A stretch of 62,985 nucleotides of DNA, counting the filler, from Collodictyon triciliatum (Eukaryota), in the NCBI GenBank assembly GCA_043381765.1. It is 6 parts of 6 records of this genome, joined end to end, with 100 filler letters (N's around TTAATTAATTAA, not from the genome) between each part and the next. Parts side by side here need not be neighbours in the genome. Positions count along the whole stretch, not along the records: positions 54,935 to 62,985 come from JBHJMP010002267.1; 5 more parts are not named here. One strand, given 5' to 3'. Shown piece after piece: positions 62,829 to 62,985 of this stretch. The translations under genes and the position numbers were made by a program. The notes under the pieces were generated by a model, which was not told the origin of the DNA, did no database searches, and saw only the letters and a program-made list of their open reading frames with translations. Numbering within the stretch: the first letter of the stretch is position 1; every line of letters starts with the position of its first letter.

Positions 62829-62985
62829 GTTATTTATTTATTTATTTTGTCCTTTTTTGTCTTTTTTGTCTTTTTTGTCTTTTTTTTGTCTTTTTTGTCT
62901 TTTTTGTCTTTTTTGTCTTTTTTGTCTTTTTTGTCTTTTTTTCTTTTTTTTCTTTTTTTTCTTTTTTTTCTTTTTTCGTCTTTTT

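Overview
Intron-rich eukaryotic DNA, most likely a protist (inference from gene content and the AT-rich, microsatellite-filled introns). It is not one continuous locus. Five N44-TTAATTAATTAA-N44 spacers join six scaffolds (1-12065, 12166-24225, 24326-30553, 30654-42699, 42800-54834, 54935-62985), which appear to be size-sorted, so adjacency across spacers is meaningless and several genes are truncated. The ORF track fragments every gene, so I rebuilt models by hand from GT/GC-AG sites and reading-frame phase. Scaffold 1 holds a single spliced ~1,380-aa gene (pseudokinase, one-repeat-per-exon LRRs, RING, B-boxes, coiled coil, NHL propeller), a decayed LINE-ORF1-like element and a bacterial-type Cache sensor gene. 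Scaffold 2 holds an ACOX3-like acyl-CoA oxidase with a PTS2, a degenerate METTL21-like methyltransferase and an S8 subtilisin. Scaffold 3 holds a second NHL protein and a cyclase-type multi-TM gene fragment. Scaffold 4 holds an AMPK-related kinase-UBA gene and a tomosyn-like gene. Scaffold 5 holds an LRR/Cys-rich/multi-TM receptor and a myosin-VI-like motor with a RUN-like tail. Scaffold 6 holds eIF3c and Rpn8. The strongest novelty candidates are the pseudokinase-LRR-TRIM-NHL fusion and the myosin-VI-like/RUN protein. All models are unvalidated by RNA data or database search.
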